A stretch of 64,000 bases of DNA from Octopus bimaculoides (Eukaryota): positions 35,360,658-35,424,657 of the forward strand of contig NC_068991.1 in NCBI RefSeq assembly GCF_001194135.2, read 5' to 3'. The notes beneath the pieces were generated by a model. The model was not told where the DNA came from. It did not search any database and saw only the letters and a program-made list of their open reading frames with translations. This document shows, piece after piece, positions 52,401 to 62,500 of this stretch; positions within the stretch are counted from its first letter, which is position 1; every line of letters starts with the position of its first letter. The position numbers and the translations under genes are program-made.

Positions 52401-55400
52401 GAATTGACCCCAGTTATTTTTTGTTTTTTTAACTCTTCGTGGGCAGCAGGGTCCTTTGGGACCCCAGCAAATTTTAAAAGCAACTCTTATATTTTTTATT
52501 GAAATGACTTTATATCACATGACTTTAATGTCAATAGTTTATGTATACACATACAAATTTTGAGTAAAAATTTCCAGTCATATGGATGTTATAGCATAAA
52601 ATATGGTCATTGGGGTCCAATTGGACCCCATTGGCCTTCTGTGAAATTATTTTTTTCTGTTCTCTTTTTAGATATTCTGATGAACTGTAGGTCAGTTTTC
52701 TTCGTATTTGTACTAGTATGAATCGATATACTAAATAATTTTGTCTAATTTTATATTTAGTGCTATATGTATAGTTTATAAAACTATAAAAAAAAATGTT
52801 GATTTCTTTCAATAAAGGTTTTTTTCAGTCAATAAATTATATTTTAATTCCCTTCCATTAAATGCTAATAATTACAAATATATACCTATAAAATGCTAAA
52901 TTTCTTGTTCTGTATCATACACTCACGCATATATAGAAGATTAAATAAATATTACTTTATGGATAGTGCAGAAATGTGCAAAAATAAAAATGGGGTCCCT
53001 TTGTGTAATTCCAACCCTGCTGGCCCACGAAGGGTTAAAACTTGGTACTTATTCTGTTGGACTCTTTTGCTGAACCACTACATTACAGGGACAAACATAC
53101 CATCACTGCTTGTCTAGTGGTAGTGATGATAGTGGAGGAAAAACACAGACACAAAGACACACAAGACACACATACATATGTGTATGTTGGTGGTGTGGTG
53201 TCAGTGTTGGTGGTAGTTGTGTTGTCAGTGATCGATTTTGGTGGTAGCAGTTTTGGTGGTGGTGGTGTCTGTAGAGGTGGGGATGGTGGTGTCTATTGTG
53301 GTAATGGATGTGGTGGTGGTGTTGATGATTGTAGCAGTAGAGTTGTGGTTGTATCGGTGTTAGGAGTTGAACTTTGCAGGTGCAGTCATACAGATATATT
53401 ACGTGTAAATGATTCTCTGATAACAATTTAATAACTAGTTTGATAGTTGAGACGTCTTCATAATCTTTTTCAGAAACAACACACGCATGCACGTGCCAGT
53501 GTGGCACATTTTGTGACTTTCTATACTTTTGCTGCAATTATAGGAATGTTTGTTAGGTATTAATATATGTTATTCTGAAAATGGATGTACAACAAGTCTT
53601 TGGTGCTGTAAAAGTGTTAATAGTAAAGATTACAGATTAACAAAATTTGTTGTCTGTACTTGTGCTGGTTGATATTTTCTGTGATTTTCAGTAAGTTTGC
53701 ATCAATGTCTAGTTTTCATATAATTTTTTTTCTTTTTATCCAAGTAAAACCTATAAAGAGAGCCTCTAAGACTGATTATTTGCAGTTTTACACTGAAAAT
53801 AGCTAATCTTACTGGCTCTCTTTATCTTGAATTTTTATCTAAATTATGTTTCTCTTCAGGACAATATTTACATACATCAAATTTAATGAAGTAGCTTCAA
53901 TTGTGACTTAATGATCTTGTATTATGGGATATTAATTAAAGAAAAGATGAGGTAACGGGGGAAGTTAACTTATTAAGATAACTATTCAAGAGAAATGAAG
54001 TCTGTGAGAAGGGGAAAATTTAGGTATGTTTTATTGCTGTTTGGATGATAGAGAGTTGATTCTGTTTCAACGCTCACCACAGCCAATTTGCAAGAAAATT
54101 TAGATGTTCGTTGACAGTCGAAGAAAACTATGACTTTGATGTAACTGCTTGTGGTACCTGAGGATCTTGAGTGCTTCTTCCTACATTACACCTTCAGTGC
54201 GTCCTTGCGAATATAGAAAACTACAGAAGTAGCAGTTTTTCATTGTCACAGATGTTCAGATACCTTAACTGCTGCAACTAAAAATTCACCAGTTTCATGG
54301 AGCCAAGATGTTTGCATCAGTTGCATGTGGTCTGATTTTAATTGAGAGGAACTTGTGTAACATCATCTACATTTTTGTTCCTCATCAGCTGAATTCAACA
54401 GCACAGAAATGTAGAGGTTGTGGAGACCCCTGGTACCCATATGACTATGAGATTGTTTGACCATAGGATGGAAGTCTGTCATGCCATAGTCTTACCCACA
54501 AACAGTGGGGGTTCGAATTTGGAGTTTTCCACCTCTAAGACATGTTCTGTGTGAAACTGGGAGTCCATCACTGCCAGTGGTCTTACAGCTTGTTTGATTA
54601 CTATACTCTACTGTTAGATAGCCATTGACCCTGTGCTGGCTACAGCTGATCATTTGGCATGTCTTTGTCCTGGGTTTCTAGCAGCCTTCCTCACTAACCT
54701 AGTAAGCTGGGAATGTCAGTTTGGCCACCAATGACCAGAGCATACCAGTAGCACACACTAAAATATTATTTTAATAGTGCAAGTTTACTAATTGTATCAT
54801 TATTGTATCATATTTCATGAACATAATCAGTTGAATTGTATTACATTTCCCTATATTTTAAGGTATTTTGATAATAAGAGGCAAGCTGCCAAAAAGGAAC
54901 AGAAAACCATTCATGCTTCTGCTAAAGTAAGACATTTTTTTTTTAACCTTTTATTTTCATGTTTTATTGTTGTTTCACTCTAGGTTGCTTTTGACACCTC
55001 AGTTATTTCTTGAGCCTTTTTCATTGACCTATCTCTTGTTTTATATTTGCTGTCATCCCCATTTTATTGTCAGTTTTCCCTTATTGGCCTGGAATATAAG
55101 TGTCTCATATGTGAGCAACACCAAATATTCTTAGTAGGATCCAGCCTTTCCTTTGAAAGTTTTGCTTTATTATTCATGCTGCAAATACTTTCTACTACCA
55201 TTTCATGTCATGCTTTGCTTTTAATGCAAAATGTATCATCTTTGCAACTGTTTTTTCTTCACACATCAACTGATATATTTCAGGCTCAGCAACTTTCTCA
55301 AATCATGTACTCTTATAAAACGAACCAGGCAAAAGTTAGAGCTCTCCAATCTGCATTCACTTCCCACAAAGTACTCTTTCTACACATTTTTCATATAGAC

Positions 55401-55787
55401 TATCATTTCAAACAATAAAACCTCCTATTAAATGGTTTCTATATGTTTATTTATAATTACAGTTAGCCCACAATAGCATTGTTGGTTACAGATCATAGTA
55501 GGTTAATCACTGGTTCAATGCATTTTTGATGGAAACAGTGATGAGTGAGTTTTTTAAATTTGGAACTGGGGAAAATAACACAAACAACTTGACTCACAGA
55601 GCATTGGATTTCCAGTTTCCTTGCTGTTGCTGACATTATGTGGTTTTGTATAGAAATGAAAGATGTGTGCATGCATGCATACATATTTATATATGGCAGC
55701 TATGGTGAAAGATACTTATCTAAGTGCCATGCAAGGGTATTGGAATCCAAACCATGTAGTATTGAAGTGAACTTTTTAACCACTCCT

Positions 55788-55828
<41 letters not shown>

Positions 55829-58800
55829 AAATGTAATATTTTAACATTTTTAATACTTTTTGTTTTTGTTGATGTTGTTCAGCAAATCAGATGTAATTTA
55901 GTAAATTCTTTAGTCTGTAGAGAGTGTGTATTGTGTATTCTTTTTTTGCAACATTAGATATTGAAGCAAATAAATGATAGTGTGTATTTGGTTGATTTAG
56001 GCTTTGAAATCTGCTGAGAGGAAGACAAAGGAAACATTAAAAGATGTTGCTACAGCAGCTACAATTAACAAAGCACGTAAAACACATTGGTAAGTGGATG
56101 GATGAACACTATTTTAATATTATTCCGTTTATGTACAGAGTGTAATTCAGAATACTGCTTTTGGTTTGATTGTTGAAACTTCCCTTTTCATTATTTATTC
56201 TTTATAATGTTTACTATTTGGACCCTTTAATGGGTTTTTGTTCACTTTTGTTTCTAGAAACATTGCTTCCCCTTTAGAGGTGTGACTTCTAACATTGCTT
56301 GAAAATAATTCTCATTTAGGACCTGTTTAAATTTAAGAATTATTAACTTTACATACATATGGGTAACCTTTGGGCTTGAGGATTCAGTTGACAGAGAATT
56401 ATACATAAAAAACAAACAAAAAAGCCTCAGGAATAATTGAAACTTTCATCTTCTGAATCGATTGATAAAAAAAATTGTCAAAAATATCATATACATGCAA
56501 TCATACAAATAATTTATTAAAACAAATTTATATTTAAACAGATAATGAACAAGCAAAACATTTGGCAACATTCTAGAATGTTTGATTTTTAATATAAGCA
56601 TAGTGCAGAGTAGTTATAAGAAACATGTTTAATCTCTTACAGCTGTTTCAAGAATAGCTAAGCATTTGGATCATATGTTATTGAGTAAAGAAAGCAAAGT
56701 ATTCTGTCATCGGAGAGAGGGAAAGAGATGTAAGAAAATATTGAAATGAAGAATATCCTTAATTGAAGATATTAATAGCTACCAGTTCTTCAAGAAACCA
56801 AGGAATATCCAGGGTGAAAGATAGATGTGTTTGATATTTTCATGTTCTAAGAGTTAATAAAATCCTAGGTAAAAGATAATGTCAGCAGTTCTATAGGTAA
56901 AGCTTCAAGGAGAATTCCTGGCAAAAGATAATAGAATTTACTAGTTCCATTATCCTTTGCCATGAATTTTTTTGTATACATGCAAAATCATTCATTTACA
57001 ATGTTGAGTGCTGCAGAAAAAGAGAGGTTACCTTCCATTCAACCAAGTTTATTATCCAGTTTTGATATTCTTAGTTTGAATATTCCCATAGTTTGGAATG
57101 AGTTATTCTTTGCTAGATTAACTTACCTTGAATACACCACAAGTAAATGGACTCTCCTTTGGTGCCATATTGTTCTAATGATATCTAAGGTTCATCAAAC
57201 AGTATCTGCATTTCAATTTCTGTCATTTTATCTTTGTTGTTTAAAGTTTGCATTTTTCTTTTTCATTGTGAAAGCATATGTAATGCATTTATCTTAAAGG
57301 TTTGAAAAGTTCCTTTGGTTTATCAGTTCTGAGAATTATGTTGTTGTTGGAGGTAGAGATCAGCAACAGAATGAGATTTTAGTGAAGAAATATTTAAGGC
57401 CAGGTTTGTTCTCTTTTTATGTTCTGTTACTGTTTGCCAATTTTCATAATTATATATATAGTTGAAGACATCAAAAATTTTACCATTAGCCTTAATAACA
57501 ATGAGGTTAAGATTTGGATATTTACTATATGAATTTATTCATTTCTAGAGCAGTTGTGTAGGATTACAGGTTACAGCATATATTTCTGCTAGTGTCAGTG
57601 TCACTGATTCCACTCTTGAAGATCATTGAGAAGCAAGAACAATTTTTCTGAAAAATAAAACCAACCTGTTTAAACATGGTGAAATAACTATAAATAGAAA
57701 TAGCAAAACAGCTAAAATAGAAAGATAATATATGTCTTGGTAGACCATGTTTAGTTTTGTGTATCCATAATCCAAGCAAACTATAGAATATATATTTTAC
57801 TTTTTATTTTCTGAAATATGGTTTTACTGTTTTCTTTTATTTCTTTTATTTTATTTATTTTTTCTTGTTTAGGAGATCTCTATGTCCATGCAGACCTTCA
57901 TGGTGCTAGCAGTGTTGTTATCAAGAATCACACAGGTATAAAATCTTAACTAAAACAGCATTTCTCCTTTGTTTTCTGAATTGATGATTTCTTTGTCTTA
58001 AAAATGGTGGGATTAGAATCACTGTCCAGAAGTGGAAGTTTATTAGGTGGAGTTTTTGAACCTAGACTTTAGTACCAATGCTTAGACAATAGTCATGGGA
58101 TGAAAGTTCATCAAATTAAATCCTGGTCCGGTTTCATATAAGCAGTGTTCTGTGTTTAGTATCTAACCATAAGTTTTATTCATAAAAGTAACATGGAACA
58201 TAGGTACATATGTGGGTGTGTGTGGTGAAGAAGTCCATTTCCCCATCATGTAGTTTTGGGTTCTGTCCCACTGTGCAGTGCTTTGGGCAAGTGTCTTCAA
58301 CTGTAGCCCCAAGGTGACCAAAGTCTTGTGGGTGAATTTGGATGACTGAAACTGAAAGAAACTCATTGCATGCATGCACATGTGTGTGTGTGTATGTTTG
58401 TGTGTGTGTGTGTGTGTGTGTGTAGGCACAGGAGTGACTGTGTGGTAAGAAGCTTGCTTCCCAACCACATGGTTCCGGGTTCAGTCCCACTGTGTGGCAC
58501 CTTGGGCAAGTGTCTTCTACTGTAGCCTTGGGCCGACCAAAGCCTTGTGAGTGGATTTGGTAGACGGAAACTGAAAGAAGCCCATTGTATATATATATAT
58601 ATATATGTGTATGTATTTGTGTGTCTGTGTTTGTCTCACCACCATTGCTTGACAACCAATGTTGGTGTGTTTACATCCCCGTAATCTAGTGGTTCAGCAA
58701 AAGAGACTGATAAAATAAGTACTAGGCTTACAAAGAATAAGTCCTGGAGGCAGTTTGTTCGACTAAAGGCGGTGGTCCAGCATGGCCACAGTCAAATTAC

Positions 58801-59522
58801 TGAAACCAGTAAAAGAAGAAAAAGAATATGTTTATGAATTTGTCTTGCAAGATTCCTGATGTGAAATTGTGTGTTGAAACAGATATTGTTATATTTCAGG
58901 ATGGTCATTTTTTTTTTCCTGCCAAATAAACACACACACTATATAGTTGTTCTTAACTTGTTTATTATTGTTCTTATTTTATCGTATGTCCATTGTCTGG
59001 AAATCTTTCATCACACATCTGTAACCTCTTCAGCAACTCTTCCATCTCATGTGTCCCCTCCTGTCCTTTGTAGTCCATTCTAAGCAAAAAAAAAGTGACC
59101 ATCCTGAAATATAGCAATATATATATATATATATCATCATCATCATCATCATCGTTTAACGTCCGCTTTCCATGCTAGCATGGGTTGGACGATTTGACTG
59201 AGGACTGGTGAAACCGGATGGCAACACCAGGCTCCAGTCTGATTTGGCAGAGTTTCTACAGCTGGATGCCCTTCCTAACGCCAACCACTCAGAGAGTGTA
59301 GTGGGTGCTTTTACGTGTCACCCGCACGAAAACGGCCACGCTCGAAATGGTGTCTTTTATGTGCNNNNNNNNNNNNNNNNNNNNNNNNNNNNNNNNNNNN
59401 NNNNNNNNNNNNNNNNNNNNNNNNNNNNNNNNNNNNNNNNNNNNNNNNNNNNNNNNNNNNNNNNNNNNNNNNNNNNNNNNNNNNNNNNNTATATATATAT
59501 ATATATATATATGTTTACTTAT

Positions 59523-59565
<43 letters not shown>

Positions 59566-62500
59566 TGGCACATAAATTGCACCATTTTGAGCGTGGCCGT
59601 TGCCAGTACCGCCTGACTGGCCTTCGTGCGGGTGACACGTAAAAGCACCCACTACACTCTCTGAGTGGTTGGCGTTAGGAAGGGCATCCAGCTGTAGAAA
59701 CTCTGCCAAATCAGATTGGAGCCTGGTGTAGCCATCTGGTTTCACCAGTACTCAGTCAAATCGTCCAACCCATGCTAGCATGGAAAGCGGACGTTAAACG
59801 AAGATGATGATGATGATATATATATAAGAGACCAAAGTGTACGTATGCCACTATATTTTTATATATAGAAAATACAAAAATGAGACAAGAACACAAAACA
59901 TCAGACAGACGATACAAAGAAAACAAGGATGGGTCATTCGGAGTTTTATATCTAAATTTTGTACGACTCTATTATTCTTTCTATTCTTTCATTCTTTCCT
60001 TCTTTCTATCAGCCCCTTCACACTTTGTTCATTCCACTCTTCTTTCTTTTGTTCTTTCTCTCTCACATTTCCTGGTCTTCTTTTCATGCTCACCTTCCCT
60101 CTTTCACCTCACTCTGTCCCTTTCATTTTTTTCTCGCTCCTTAATTCTTCTATCCTTCTGCCTCTACCTTTCTCTCTTCTCTCCCCACGTGACTGGTGTT
60201 CGGCCAAGCCTGGTCTTTCTTTCTTGGTTCGACTACCATCTATGCAACATCTATATTCCTCCCTGTGCCTGTCAAATCTTATGTCCCTGCTGGAATAAAT
60301 TAAGCTGGCATGTGAGGAATCACATGCCAGCTTAATTTAATTTGTCCTTAGTCAAAAGACACCCCATTATTATGTCCTGTTATTTGTATTTGTGTACCGT
60401 TTCTCTGTTTTTTTTTCCCGTCCTTGTTTTCATATACATTTGATGCTTTCTTCCAAGGAATCTAGTGCTCTTAGCCTAGTTTTTCCTTGGGGCTGGCCAG
60501 ATTGGAGCAATCTCGTGTATAACCAGCCGAAATTGCAAAGATAATCTGGAACTCGACTGAGGAAAGAGAACTGCAAATAACCCATCCTTGTTTTCTTTGT
60601 ATCGTCTGCCTGGATGTTTTGTTGTCCTTTTTTTGTATCACCTAACTGTCTGGATGTTTTGCGTTCTTGTCCCATTTTTGTATTTTATATATATATGTGT
60701 GTGTATGTATTTGTGTTTGTCCCCTGCTTGACAACTGTTGTTGGTGTGTTTACATCCCTGTAACCTAATGGTTCAGCAAAAGTGACTGATAGAATAAGTA
60801 CTAGGTTTAAGAAATAAGTCCTGGGGTTGATTTGTTCGACAAAATCTCTTCAAGGTGGTGGTCCAGCATGGCCACAGTCAAATGGCTGAAACAAATAAAA
60901 GAAAATATATAGATATATATTCAGTACCAAGCAGTGTTTAGGCATTAGTGAATTTTGAAATATGTCAGAAACATATTTTAATTAACCTAAAGTTTGCTTA
61001 TGCCTGAACATTGCTTGGTACTAATACTGTTGAATTTCTCCTGACTTGGCAGTCTAATAGTGGAACTCAGTCAATCATCATCATCATCATCATCATCGTT
61101 TAACGTCCGCTTTCCATGCTAGCATGGGTTGGACGATTTGACTGAGGACTGGTGAAACCGGATGGCAACACCAGGCTCCAATCTAATTTGGCAGAGTTTC
61201 TACAGCTGGATGCCCTTCCTAACGCCAACCACTCAGAGAGTGTAGTCAATGTGGTTTACTATGTTTTAGTTAAAGCTATGGCTTTAAATCTGCCCAGTAT
61301 TTCTTCGGTATTTACCTTTGATAATAACTCTCTTCAGTATTTACCTCTGATAATAGCTAAAGAGATAGACATGCTGTGTCTGGAAATCTAACAGAGGACA
61401 GCATGGGGTAGATATAGTATTTTTACACCTTTTACCATAAGAGAGAATACTTTATCCACAGTAACTGTAGTGAATTTACATTTGCAAGAGAAAAGGGTTA
61501 CTTGCATGTAGGTGGAGTTGTAGAACAGATTATGTGATGAGATGAGTTATGACTTGGGTGGAGGTGGTTTGCAGGTTACTTGCTCTGAGGAGCAGAAACT
61601 ATTTTCTCTGCTCTCCATAGAATATGGAAAAGTCAGAATGAAGAGAACCACATATATGGAGGTTTGGTTGTGTTGGTGAGTGGGTCTTTGCCAATTAGGC
61701 AGATGGGCTTCTTTTGGATGTGGTCTTTATGTATACCAGCAGCATTCTCTCAGACATAGGAGCATAAATTACAGAAAGTCAATTAATATTGGAAACTGAA
61801 GTATTGGGTTGGCAACTAAGTTCCCACGGTTTTTTTAAATTTAAATTTTTTGAAAGGTTTAATAAAAAAAAAACAACTAATTAATCAATAATGTATTCAC
61901 CCTTGTTGTTTACAACTTCTTCCCAACGTTCAACAAGATTTTCACTACCTCGTTTTTAGAAATCACCTGATTTCGACTCGAAAACTTGATCCAACCAAGC
62001 TCTCAATTCTGCATCAGTATTGAACGAAACTCCATGCATAGCATTTGAAAGAGATCGAAAGCGGTGGAAATCCGTTGGTGCCAAATCAGGAGAGTACGGC
62101 GGATGTGGCAGCACTTCCCAGCCATGCGTTTGAATGGCTTCCTTGGTCATATTGGCGATATGAGGGTGGGCATTGTCCTGCAGCAGAACTCCATGCTGCC
62201 GATTAGGTCTTTTCCCTTGAATAGCCATGTTTAGTCGTTCCATCTGTTGAACATAGAGTTCTGTGTTGACCGTTTGGTTCTGTTCAAGCAATTCATAATG
62301 GATAATCCCTTCCCAGTCCCACCATACGCACAACATTGTTTTACGTGGATGAAGATCTTCTTTCACACACGGTGTCGCTTCTTGACCAGAGCTAAGCCAT
62401 TCCTTATGCTGTTTCATATTGATGTACAGGCACCATTTTTCATCGCCAGTAATGATTCAGTAAAGAAATCATTGCTTGTGTCCATGAGTTGAGTGGTGAC

